DNA from: Bacteroidota bacterium
GTDB taxonomy: Bacteria > Bacteroidota > Bacteroidia > AKYH767-A > 2013-40CM-41-45
Reading direction: 5' to 3'
Assembly (NCBI GenBank): GCA_031385005.1
Contig: JANNBB010000051.1
Span: 87,405-151,404 of the forward strand
DNA: 64,000 bases
The translations under genes were made by a program, and so were the position numbers. Positions 37,325-47,227 of this stretch are shown one piece after another. How positions within the stretch are numbered: the stretch's first letter is position 1; every line of letters starts with the position of its first letter. The notes beneath the pieces were generated by a model. The model was not told where the DNA came from. It saw only the letters and a program-made list of their open reading frames with translations, and searched no databases.

Positions 37325-39001
37325 ATGAGCACCGAAAAAGGCCCCAATTTCCTTGAAGAGATAATTAACGAAGACATCAAAGCAGGTAAACACAATGGAA
37401 GGGTGCTTACACGCTTTCCTCCGGAACCGAATGGCTACTTACATATTGGTCACTGCAAATCCATTTGTTTGAATTTTGGTCTTGCGAAAGAATTCGGTGG
37501 ACAAACCAATTTGCGTTTTGATGATACCAACCCTGAAAAAGAGGAAACAGAATATGTCGATAGCATAAAAGAAGACATTCGATGGCTGGGATTTAATTGG
37601 TCTAATGAATTTTATGCCTCTGATTATTTTCAAACACTTTATGATTTCGCTGTAGCGCTTATCAAAAAAGGACTTGCTTATGTTGATGATTCTACCGCTG
37701 AAGAAATTGCGGCCACAAAAGGCACTCCAACAGAACCCGGCAAGGAAAGTCCGTTTCGAAACAGAAGCATAGAGGAAAACACGGATCTCTTCGAACGCAT
37801 GCGTAAAGGAGAATTCAAAGATGGCGAAAAGGTATTGCGGGCAAAAATTGATATGGCTTCACCGAATATGCATCTTCGTGATCCATTGATGTATCGAATT
37901 AAACACACTCCTCATCACCGTACCGGAGATAAGTGGTGTATTTATCCTATGTATGATTTTGCGCACGGCCAATGCGATTCGATTGAAAAAATTACTCACT
38001 CCGTTTGTACATTAGAATTTGAAGTTCATCGTCCGTTATACGAATGGTTTATTAAACAACTCGATATTTTCCCAAGCAAGCAATATGAATTTGCGCGCTT
38101 AAATTTGAATTATACAGTAATGAGCAAACGAAAGCTTTTGCAGTTAGTGAAAGAAAATCATGTAAACGGCTGGGATGATCCACGTATGCCTACGATCAGT
38201 GGGTTAAGAAGACGTGGTTATACTCCGGAAAGCCTTCGTTTATTTTGTGACCGCATCGGTATTGCTCGTAGAGAAAATGTAATAGATGTGGGGTTATTGG
38301 AATATTGCATTCGTGAAGATCTAAATAAGAGAGCCAATCGACTCATGGTTGTTTTGGATCCGGTAAAATTGATAATTGATAATTATCCGGAAGGAAAAAA
38401 TGAATTACTTGTTGGCGAAAACAATCCGGAAGTAGAAAACAGTGGCGAACGCGATCTTCCTTTTGGACGCGAATTATGGATAGAAAGGGATGATTTCATG
38501 GAGTTACCCGGCAAAAAATATTTTCGTTTAGGCCCGGGATTAATGGTGCGTCTGAAAAGCGCATACATCATTCGCTGCGATTCGTTTCAAAAGGATGATG
38601 CTGGTAGGATTACAGAAATTCATTGCACTTATTTTCCGGAAAGCAAATCCGGAAATGATACCAGTGGAATAAATGTAAAAGGAACCATTCATTGGGTGAG
38701 TGTTTCTAATGCCATATCCTGTGAAGTGAGATTATACGATCGTCTCTTTAAAGTTGAAAACCCTTCATCAGAAGAAGGTGATTTTAAAGATTACATCAAT
38801 CCGAAGAGTGTAGAAATTGTTTCTAATGCCTTTGCTGAGCCGTCCTTAAAAAATACAAAACCCGGTGATAAGTTTCAGTTTATACGAAAGGGTTACTTTT
38901 GCACGGATAAAGATTCAACAGCGTCCAACTTGATTTTTAACCGCACCGTTTCATTAAAAGACTCCTGGGTTAAACAACAGCAGATTGTAAGTTTTGAGTG
39001 A
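37325..39001 (+). CDS. glnS: glutamine--tRNA ligase
   Basis: Class I HIGH motif ([12 protein letters not shown]) and KMSKS motif (VMSKRK). Length and overall pattern match GlnRS. Confidence 0.9.
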   Translation: MSTEKGPNFLEEIINEDIKAGKHNGRVLTRFPPEPNGYLHIGHCKSICLNFGLAKEFGGQTNLRFDDTNPEKEETEYVDSIKEDIRWLGFNWSNEFYASDYFQTLYDFAVALIKKGLAYVDDSTAEEIAATKGTPTEPGKESPFRNRSIEENTDLFERMRKGEFKDGEKVLRAKIDMASPNMHLRDPLMYRIKHTPHHRTGDKWCIYPMYDFAHGQCDSIEKITHSVCTLEFEVHRPLYEWFIKQLDIFPSKQYEFARLNLNYTVMSKRKLLQLVKENHVNGWDDPRMPTISGLRRRGYTPESLRLFCDRIGIARRENVIDVGLLEYCIREDLNKRANRLMVVLDPVKLIIDNYPEGKNELLVGENNPEVENSGERDLPFGRELWIERDDFMELPGKKYFRLGPGLMVRLKSAYIIRCDSFQKDDAGRITEIHCTYFPESKSGNDTSGINVKGTIHWVSVSNAISCEVRLYDRLFKVENPSSEEGDFKDYINPKSVEIVSNAFAEPSLKNTKPGDKFQFIRKGYFCTDKDSTASNLIFNRTVSLKDSWVKQQQIVSFE

Positions 39002-39377
39002 TAAAATAATTTATAGGATTCATAAACCGGTATATAAAAGATGGTAGTTTTCTATTTACGACCAAAATGAACTCTTGTTAAATCGTCTTGTAAAAACTCC
39101 AAAACGTCCGTCCCGCCTACCTTTTCGAAGGTGTTACTATTAAATAAACATTCAAATCAACCAATCTTTTAAACCATTAACATTGGGTATTTGTCCACTT
39201 ACTCAATTCATGTTGAACAATGAAAGAGTTATAGCTTATCTTTACTCTTGAAATAGAAAAAAAACCGGAAAGTTTGAATTCCGTCAACTATAAAAAATGA
39301 AAACCTTAATTCAAAACGGAATGTAAGCGTAACAAGAAAGAAAAGTTGCTGCTTAATTTTTTAGAGGCTGGGTTTTA

Positions 39378-39420
39378 AAGGCCGACAGAGGTAACCTCTA
39401 TCGGCCTTTATGTTTTTTTT
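39378..39420 (+). terminator. rho-independent terminator
   Basis: aaaggccgacagagg-taac-cctctatcggccttt stem-loop (14 bp, 1 G-U) followed by atgtttttttt. It lies 377 bp downstream of the glnS stop. Confidence 0.5.
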
Positions 39421-39589
39421 AACTTACGTTATACCATCTTTTCCATTATTTTTATTGCATTTTCAAGTTTTAAATAAAATCTATTGAAAATCATTTTGAA
39501 AAAACAAGTCCTTTTATCTAAAATTGATAAACCTTCTTTCTTTTTCTGAATTAATGCATTAGATTTGAATATTACAATATTCTCATGTT

Positions 39590-40333
39590 ATGCTTTCCTG
39601 TACAATAATAGATGATGATGAATTTTGCCGCGAGGCATTGAAAGATCTTCTGGAAGAACATTTTCCGGAAATCCACATTATGGAAGTAAAGAGAAATGGC
39701 GAGGAAGCCATAAAAGCTCTTAAAAAAAATCAACCGGATTTTGTTTTCCTGGATGTAGAAATGCCTGATATGACAGGTTTTGAAGTACTCACAGAATTAG
39801 GTGAAGTCAATTTTGAAGTTATTTTTACTACTTCACACGATAAGTATTCTATGCAGGCAGCGAAGAACAGTGCGTTGGATTATCTCATGAAGCCGATTCA
39901 GTTGAATGACTTAAAACTTGCCATTCGAAAAGTAGAACGGAGACTAAAGCCCGATGCAAAAGTTATTGAAATGCTTTTAAAATCGATTTCCGGGATCAAA
40001 AACAAAATTAAACGGATTGCCTTACCAACAATGGAAGGATTGATCTTTGTTGAAGTAGATGAAATTATGCATTGCGATGCAGATGATAACAATACGATGA
40101 TACATTTTAAGAATGGAACGAGGATGTTAATTACGAAGACTCTCAAGGATGTAGAAGCCCTTTTGATAAGCGATGATTTTTTCAGAATACACAATTCCCA
40201 TCTCGTAAACATAAATCACATTCGAAAATATGTGCGAGGAAATGGCGGACATGTTGTTATGAATAACGATAAAACGTTAAACGTTTCCAGGGCGAAAAAG
40301 GATGAGTTTATCGATAAGATTTCTCATCTTTAA
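39590..40333 (+). CDS. LytTR-family two-component response regulator
   Basis: Receiver domain (acidic pocket IIDDDE, phospho-acceptor FLDVEMPDMTG, TSHDKY) plus a C-terminal LytTR DNA-binding domain (…DFFRIHNSHLVNINHI…). Confidence 0.75.
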   Translation: MLSCTIIDDDEFCREALKDLLEEHFPEIHIMEVKRNGEEAIKALKKNQPDFVFLDVEMPDMTGFEVLTELGEVNFEVIFTTSHDKYSMQAAKNSALDYLMKPIQLNDLKLAIRKVERRLKPDAKVIEMLLKSISGIKNKIKRIALPTMEGLIFVEVDEIMHCDADDNNTMIHFKNGTRMLITKTLKDVEALLISDDFFRIHNSHLVNINHIRKYVRGNGGHVVMNNDKTLNVSRAKKDEFIDKISHL

Positions 40334-40437
40334 ATTTTCTTTCCGAATTTTATTCCTGCTTAATCTTTATATTATCTGCTAATTTTTTATTAATTTGCCC
40401 GGATACAAAATAATTTCATTACTTCAAAAGCGAATGA

Positions 40438-41703
40438 ATGAATATTGATACAATTACAGATTTACTCAAGCGAGTAGAAATCTTTGTCGGAATTCCTGCT
40501 GATATTTTAAATGAGTTTGCAACCCATTTGGAAGTTACATTGTTTCAAGGAGGGACTTCTATCATTAAAAAGGGAGAAGAGGGTAATGCCATGTTTGTAA
40601 TCGCGGGAGGAAAAGTGAAAATCCACGATGGAGAACATGTTGTTGCTACGATGGAGGCAGGAAATTTCTTTGGCGAACTCTCATTACTCGATACTGCTCC
40701 AAGATCCATGTCCGTAACTGCTATTGATGATATTAAAATACTTTCCATAAGTCGCGAACTTTTTTACAATCTTTTACAAAGTCGGCCGGAGGTAACAAAG
40801 AAAATAATAAGCACCCTGACAAGTCGCTTACGAAGACAAAATGAAAATATCATCAATCAATTAAGAACACGAGAAGCAGAATTAACCCGATTGGTAGATG
40901 AACGAACCAAAGAATTGGTTATTAAGAACGCCGAAATCACAGTAAAGAATCGTGAGATTACAGATAACGTCAATTATGCAAAACGGATTCAAGCTGCAAT
41001 ATTGCCTGATTTAAGTACCGTTTATAAATCACTTCCAAAATCATTTGTGCTTTACCAACCAAAAGATATTGTGAGTGGGGATTTCTATTCATTTTTTTCC
41101 GGGAATAACTCATGCATCATGGTTGCTGCAGATTGCACCGGACATGGGGTAACGGGCGCTTTTCTAAGTGTCGTTGGAAATTCTTTACTTAAACAGATTA
41201 TCAATGAGAGAAAAATCGAAGACCCCGGAAAAATATTGGATAGTCTGAATGATGAAATAATAAACACCCTGAATCAAAGAAACAGTGATTCGACAGATGG
41301 TATGGATGTTTCGATTTGCTTCATTGACATTAATAATAGAAAATTAAAATTTGCCGGAGCAAACAGACCTTTATGGCTAGTTCGTAAAAATGAACTAATA
41401 ATTTATACACCTAATAAATATCCGGTTGGGGGATTACAAATAGTTCATGAAGAAAATTTCAAGACTTATGAAATTGAATTAAGAGAAAATGATAGTCTGT
41501 ATATTTTTTCGGATGGATATGCAGATCAATTCGGTGGTGACGATGGTAAAAAACTGATGACAAAAAAATTCAAAGAAATTTTACTCTCTATTCAGCACTT
41601 GAATATGTTTGATCAAAAAGTTCATTTAATTGATGTATTTGAAAAATGGAAAGGTAAAAACGAACAAGTAGATGATGTTTTAGTAATAGGAATCCGTGTT
41701 TAG
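40438..41703 (+). CDS. cyclic-nucleotide-binding domain fused to PP2C/SpoIIE-type Ser/Thr phosphatase
   Basis: cNMP phosphate-binding cassette (FGELSLLDTAPRSMSVTA). Coiled-coil linker. PPM/SpoIIE domain (AKRIQAAILPD…DCTGHGVTGAF…FSDGYADQFGG). Confidence 0.7.
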   Translation: MNIDTITDLLKRVEIFVGIPADILNEFATHLEVTLFQGGTSIIKKGEEGNAMFVIAGGKVKIHDGEHVVATMEAGNFFGELSLLDTAPRSMSVTAIDDIKILSISRELFYNLLQSRPEVTKKIISTLTSRLRRQNENIINQLRTREAELTRLVDERTKELVIKNAEITVKNREITDNVNYAKRIQAAILPDLSTVYKSLPKSFVLYQPKDIVSGDFYSFFSGNNSCIMVAADCTGHGVTGAFLSVVGNSLLKQIINERKIEDPGKILDSLNDEIINTLNQRNSDSTDGMDVSICFIDINNRKLKFAGANRPLWLVRKNELIIYTPNKYPVGGLQIVHEENFKTYEIELRENDSLYIFSDGYADQFGGDDGKKLMTKKFKEILLSIQHLNMFDQKVHLIDVFEKWKGKNEQVDDVLVIGIRV

Positions 41704-41948
41704 TTTCAATCACTATTGCAAAGACGCTTTTCAAAATTGACCTTGTTTTCTTTTTTAGTAGATAAATAAATAAAAAATTGCCCTGTTAATCTTTAAGCTT
41801 TTTTTCAAAAAAAACATAAAAACTTATGGGTAAAATGTTAATTCTAAAAAGAATCCATTTTTAGGTCATTTTCGTCCCTTTTCATTGCCATTATATTTTT
41901 TTATCAGAGGTAAATGTCCTTAATTGCATCACTCAAAAACCAACCCCT

Positions 41949-42842
41949 ATGAAAACTAAAAACCTATTAATTCTTAGTATGTGTAGCTTATTAACTATGT
42001 TTATTAGCTGTAGCAAAAGTGATGATTCATCTTCGACGCCGGCACCGAATCCGACACCTTCCTCCGGACTATTGACAGCCAAAATCAATGGTGCTGCATG
42101 GGCTCCTTCTGCAGATTCGGCAACTGCATCATTGATTAATGGAGAAATTAACATTACAGGTGTAGCTCGTGATGGAAAAACAATTACGATTACATTAACC
42201 GATACTGTCACAGGCACCTATGATTTAGGAAATAGCGGTATGCATGCAGGTGTGTATCAAACTTCACCAAGCGCTTCCTCTTCGTATAATTCAAATTATG
42301 GTCCTTGGGATGGAACCGTAAACACCCTGACTATTGCAAGTATTGATAAGACAAATAAAAAAATGACAGGAACGTTTTCTTTCAAAGCTTATAATTTTTC
42401 TATAAACGATTCGATTACAATATCCGAAGGTGCATTTAACAATCTGCCATATGTAACTAGTATTGGCGGAACGGGAAATAATACTTTTTCTGTAGATATT
42501 AATGGAACTCCTTATGTTCCTACATTAATCTCCGGAGTTGTTTCAGGCGGCAATATTAATATTGTTGCAAGCGCCAATTCAGGAAGCCAGTCGGTAGGTA
42601 TTTATGTACCGGAAACTATTACACCCGGCACCTATACCTTTGCTCCTTTTGGAACTTACAATGCGCAATACAATCCTAACTCAAGTACATTTTTGCTGGT
42701 TGATAATGGAACTATTACTATAACGCAACACAACACCGTATTACAAAAGATTGTAGGAACATTCAGTTTTACTGCATCAGAGTTTGGAGGAGGGACAGCA
42801 ACAGCAAATCTGACAAATGGAAGTTTCACAATTTTTTATTAA
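41949..42842 (+). CDS. hypothetical lipoprotein (Ser/Thr-rich)
   Basis: Lipoprotein signal (LLTMFISCSKS) followed by a PT-rich linker (SSTPAPNPTPSSG). Confidence 0.5.
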   Translation: MKTKNLLILSMCSLLTMFISCSKSDDSSSTPAPNPTPSSGLLTAKINGAAWAPSADSATASLINGEINITGVARDGKTITITLTDTVTGTYDLGNSGMHAGVYQTSPSASSSYNSNYGPWDGTVNTLTIASIDKTNKKMTGTFSFKAYNFSINDSITISEGAFNNLPYVTSIGGTGNNTFSVDINGTPYVPTLISGVVSGGNINIVASANSGSQSVGIYVPETITPGTYTFAPFGTYNAQYNPNSSTFLLVDNGTITITQHNTVLQKIVGTFSFTASEFGGGTATANLTNGSFTIFY

Positions 42843-42905
42843 TAAAACTAATACCCTTAACGTTGACTTTTTACCGGGTCATTATAACTAAAATAATTTA
42901 CTTAT

Positions 42906-42940
42906 CGCCACTTTGAGAAATCAGAGTGGCGTTTTTTATT
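42906..42940 (+). terminator. rho-independent terminator
   Basis: cgccactttga-gaaa-tcagagtggcg hairpin followed by ttttttatt, 64 bp after the lipoprotein stop. Confidence 0.55.
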
Positions 42941-42976
42941 GGTTTTGTATGCTTTATATAAAAATACCAATCAGAT

Positions 42977-44308
42977 CTAATACCCGAATAATATTTTTCT
43001 AATACGGATACTTTGTAAATATTTAAGAAACAATGTATCAAGAAAATTAATTATCTGCATACCAAAAGTGTAATTTCTTAATGCATGATATAAATAATAA
43101 GAAGCATAGATAATATAAAATGGTTCCAGTGTTATTGTTCGAAACCTATTTTGTACATACCAACATGTAGAGAAAATCAACATGGTAACGAATAAATAAA
43201 AGATACAGGAATGCTCTGCAAATTTTCTTCTACAGCATTTAAAGATAAAGAGATAGCCGAAATAATAAAATGGTGCACAGAATATGAAGGTAGAAATCCA
43301 GTTCAAGAAACTATAATGTCTGAATGAAACACCGGGAATAATAAATAATGCAATATCATACATTTTCATTTTAATAAATTTCCCGGGATTTAATGATATC
43401 CATTTTATTGCATCTTTGTAAAACTCCTTTTGCTTTAGTCTTTGCGGCAAGTGTAGAATAAAATCATAATGATTCTTTGATCCATTGAAATATCCCGCAT
43501 GAACGGTAATATCTTTCATTCGTTCATAATCAGGTGTACCTGACTTGGGCACATCTACAATAGTTTTATAACCGGCCTCCGTATTTCCCAGATAAAATTG
43601 ATATCCGGCTCCATTACTGGAAACAACATATGAACCGTTTGTTTTATACTGATATACCCCATACGGAATTGAAAAAATAATTGCTATCAGTGAAAAAATG
43701 AAGCTATGCAGAATTGTTCTTTTACTTAATCCATGCATATGAAAATACATTAGTGGAATAAATAAACTGAAAATCAAAATATGGGATTTAGTGAGGTATG
43801 CCAATGAAAATAATACTGCTGCTTTCACGGTATCTATGATTCGTGAATATTTTACCGAACTCAATAAATAATAAATCGACATAATCAGCAGACTCTGAAA
43901 AATGGATTCCTGAGAAAATGTGTGTACATACCAAATCGTCATAGGAAAAAATGCAAAAATGAGCGAAGAAAATAATGCCAGGTTCTTATCTCTGAATAGA
44001 ACAAAAGCAATTCTAAATATGTATAACCCGCTGCATGCCGAAAGTAGAATTTGAAATAATATAAGATAAAAAGCCCATTGTTCATGAAAGAGAACCTTAA
44101 ACAATCCGCAGACGATGGGAAATAAAGGAGAAGCAATAAATCTTCCGATATCAAAATTAAAATTTCCTTTTACTACTTCATCTGCAAAATTTACCAGCCA
44201 TAAGCTATCGCATTGCAAATTGTAATTATTAAAAATACCGGAGATATTTACATAGAGTAGCCGTGTAAGGAGGTGCACAAAAAAGAGAAGAAACAATGTT
44301 CGTCTCAT
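42977..44308 (-). CDS. polytopic membrane protein, possible GT-C-fold glycosyltransferase (GT39/GT83-like)
   Basis: 443 aa with ≥10 TM helices, an acidic motif in the first loop (CDSLW…FADEV) and a large periplasmic loop. Assignment to GT-C is an inference from topology only. Confidence 0.35.
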   Translation of the reverse strand: MRRTLFLLFFVHLLTRLLYVNISGIFNNYNLQCDSLWLVNFADEVVKGNFNFDIGRFIASPLFPIVCGLFKVLFHEQWAFYLILFQILLSACSGLYIFRIAFVLFRDKNLALFSSLIFAFFPMTIWYVHTFSQESIFQSLLIMSIYYLLSSVKYSRIIDTVKAAVLFSLAYLTKSHILIFSLFIPLMYFHMHGLSKRTILHSFIFSLIAIIFSIPYGVYQYKTNGSYVVSSNGAGYQFYLGNTEAGYKTIVDVPKSGTPDYERMKDITVHAGYFNGSKNHYDFILHLPQRLKQKEFYKDAIKWISLNPGKFIKMKMYDIALFIIPGVSFRHYSFLNWISTFIFCAPFYYFGYLFIFKCCRRKFAEHSCIFYLFVTMLIFSTCWYVQNRFRTITLEPFYIIYASYYLYHALRNYTFGMQIINFLDTLFLKYLQSIRIRKILFGY

Positions 44309-44540
44309 AAGGGAGAATTAAAATAATTGAATAATGAATAAAACAGCTACATAAAAAAGCTCTATGAACATATCCATTATTGATTCAGCCCGATTCACGT
44401 TTTACGTGAATCAATAGAATTCATAAGTGAGTGAGTAATTTTTGTATTTGAAAAAAATCTAAAAAATGAAATTATTCGTTTCCATAAAAGAAAAACACAT
44501 TCAAAATAGATCCAGATGAGTCCAAACCTAATGGACACCT

Positions 44541-45329
44541 TTATTCCATATCATCTTCATCCATTTCTCGGATTGTAGCATCGGCTGTTTTAATAGAATT
44601 TGCAGTAAGCTCCATTATTTGCGACAACTCCTGTTTGGTTAAGTCTCGCCATTTACCTGGTTCAATGCCATCAAGAAGAATATTCATAATTCGAATACGC
44701 CTTAATTTTTCGACTTCATAATTTAAATATCCACACATTCTTCGAATCTGGCGGTTTAAACCTTGTTTTAATATTATGCGAAATTCGTAGTTGCTTTCTT
44801 TAGTAACAATACACTTATCAGTAACAGTATCCAGAATAGGAATGCCATTCGACATTTCATTAATAAAAGTATTTGTAATGGGTTTATTTACTGTGACGAG
44901 GTATTCTTTTTCGTGATTATTTCCTGCGCGTAAAATTTTATTGACAATGTTTCCATCTGAAGTTAATAATATCAACCCTTCCGATGGCTTATCCAATCGA
45001 CCGATAGGAAATATCCGCCTTGGATGCCCGATATAATCGATGATATTGTTTTGAATGGTTTTCTCAGTCGTAGAAATAATTCCTACCGGCTTATTGAATG
45101 CAATGTAAACAGGACTTTCAGTTACGGATATTTGCTTCCCGTCAACTGCAAGTACATCTTCCTCTGAAACCTTCTGACCGAGTACTCCTGTCAAACCGTT
45201 TACAGTCACTCGCCCCTGTTCAATTAATCTATCGGCTTCCCTTCTTGAACAATGACCGGTATCACTGACTGCTTTATTCAACCGCAATGTGGTTGCATTC
45301 CCTTCTTCCATTTTATTAATTTGAATCAA
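44541..45329 (-). CDS. rluF: RsuA/RluB/RluF-family rRNA pseudouridine synthase
   Basis: N-terminal S4 domain (LRLNKAVSDTGHCSRREADRLIEQGRVTVNG) and a catalytic Asp motif (GRLDKPSEGLILLTSDG). Confidence 0.7.
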   Translation of the reverse strand: MIQINKMEEGNATTLRLNKAVSDTGHCSRREADRLIEQGRVTVNGLTGVLGQKVSEEDVLAVDGKQISVTESPVYIAFNKPVGIISTTEKTIQNNIIDYIGHPRRIFPIGRLDKPSEGLILLTSDGNIVNKILRAGNNHEKEYLVTVNKPITNTFINEMSNGIPILDTVTDKCIVTKESNYEFRIILKQGLNRQIRRMCGYLNYEVEKLRRIRIMNILLDGIEPGKWRDLTKQELSQIMELTANSIKTADATIREMDEDDME

Positions 45330-45417
45330 TTATGAGTGTTTCAAAATCCGTATTTTATTTCCAACAAGATAATTTCCTTATACCTTCTTAATATTCAAAA
45401 ATTCTAATTGCTTTCGT

Positions 45418-47016
45418 TTACTCAAATATAATTAAATAAAGTTGATCTTCTTTAATCGTATCCTTCTTTGCATTCAGATCATTGGAATACGAATATGCTC
45501 CGATAAAATAACTTCGATCACTGGTTTTATAACCCGAACCCGGGAAAATTATATTCGCAGGGAAATCCGGAAATATTTCGGTTATGTTTTTACTTATTGT
45601 ATCTGTATTAAATCCGATTTTTTTAGCTTTGATAATAGAAAATTCTTTATTCATTTCATTTTTGTCATTATACAAGCAAAAACCATTTTGTCCTGAGTAG
45701 AATTCGGACATGGAATTAGTATAGTAATTATTCCAATTCGATGAGTTGCTCATTGTATCCACAGTATATTGTTCTTTTTCCGGTGAGTAATTAAACCAAA
45801 TGCCTGGATCGCTTTTAACTGAATGATTATTGGCTGAATTGATTGCTAAAGCCACTCCTGCTAATAGAACCATTCCAGCAATACCCAAGGCCGGCGCAAT
45901 AATCATTGGCATGCCACCATTTGGTCCCGGACTATTATACATAGTAGGTATTTGTTGAAGCGAATAGAATTTAATCCAACCGGCTGAATAACTTCCATCC
46001 TCATCAACACTAAATCCAATCGGGAAAATGGATGAATTATTGAGTTTCTTTTTATTATAAAACCCCTTTATATATTCCGGGTTTGGTGTGTTATTTTTAG
46101 CTAAGTCAACTTTAAAATTAATCAAATCGATTTCGGCGAAAGCAACTGACCAGTTGTCTGGGTCTGTTTCGTCAATTTTGAGTCCACTGTAATAAATCTT
46201 CTCATCGCTAAATATATGCTGAACCTTGCACTTTGAAAAAACCGGTAGATCCTCTGTAATCTCCAAAAAATCTTTATTAACAATATTATACTTAACAAAA
46301 ACGGTTTTTAAGTATTTCTTTTTTTTATCCCCCGCATCTTCTAATATATTACATAAAAGAAATACATCCATTTTTTCATCATCAAAAATTACATCGATAA
46401 TATTACACAGTCTGTCCTTATATGTTAGATTTAAAGTATCAATAGAGGTCATATTTCCATTTTCCTCCAGGATTCTAAACTGAAGACTCTCTGAAATAGG
46501 ATCGACAAAATCATTATTATATGTCAGCAACGCTTTTTGTTTGCTAGTACCTACATAAGATTCGAAAACCGGATGATCGTTTTCGAGTTTTTTAAATTGT
46601 TTAGAGTGGCTGATAAAAAATACTTCTTTTCGTTCATTGTGAAGAATCCCATCTGCGCCAATGTAAGCGGCAATTCTGAAAACATCACCGCCCATATCAC
46701 TTTTTTCATCTTCCATAAAATAAAGCATCCTACCCAGACTAAAACAATAGTCCTCCTGAGATGAATAAGATGTTTGAAGTTTACGAGGACCGTGTATCAA
46801 TGTTCCTGTCGAGTCGTAATGAAAAACAAAATGTGTAAATCCCGATTCATTATAGCCCTTATCTGCAACAATACAAAACATGTTTTCGCTTACCCAGGAT
46901 ATCCGGGCATAAATGAAATTTTTATCGATTTCAATTGGAATAGCTACATATTGTTGTCCGATTACATCTGAAACTAATAAAAAACAAAAGCAGAAAATAT
47001 TCTTGATTCTATTCAT
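45418..47016 (-). CDS. hypothetical secreted protein (532 aa)
   Basis: Signal peptide MNRIKNIFCFCFLLVSDVIGQ. No motif recognised. Confidence 0.45.
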   Translation of the reverse strand: MNRIKNIFCFCFLLVSDVIGQQYVAIPIEIDKNFIYARISWVSENMFCIVADKGYNESGFTHFVFHYDSTGTLIHGPRKLQTSYSSQEDYCFSLGRMLYFMEDEKSDMGGDVFRIAAYIGADGILHNERKEVFFISHSKQFKKLENDHPVFESYVGTSKQKALLTYNNDFVDPISESLQFRILEENGNMTSIDTLNLTYKDRLCNIIDVIFDDEKMDVFLLCNILEDAGDKKKKYLKTVFVKYNIVNKDFLEITEDLPVFSKCKVQHIFSDEKIYYSGLKIDETDPDNWSVAFAEIDLINFKVDLAKNNTPNPEYIKGFYNKKKLNNSSIFPIGFSVDEDGSYSAGWIKFYSLQQIPTMYNSPGPNGGMPMIIAPALGIAGMVLLAGVALAINSANNHSVKSDPGIWFNYSPEKEQYTVDTMSNSSNWNNYYTNSMSEFYSGQNGFCLYNDKNEMNKEFSIIKAKKIGFNTDTISKNITEIFPDFPANIIFPGSGYKTSDRSYFIGAYSYSNDLNAKKDTIKEDQLYLIIFE

Positions 47017-47227
47017 CGATTAAGCATAAATTAGATTCAAACAATATAAACAAATTAAAAATTAGCAAAAAATCGATTATAAAATAAAAATAGCTGATTG
47101 GTAATTAGCGAACAATGATAGAATTAAAAATCCTGTATTTTCCCATTTTTCGATTAATTTCACCATATATTTTCTCCTATTGAAAGCATTCAATTTTATT
47201 ATACCTTAGTAACATAAAAATCAGCAA

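Noticed and set aside
41933-42217. 94-aa minus-strand ORF overlapping the 5' end of the lipoprotein gene
   Set aside because: It is antisense to a gene with a clear lipoprotein signal peptide. Its translation is Val/Ala-rich, typical of the reverse frame of S/T/P-rich coding sequence.
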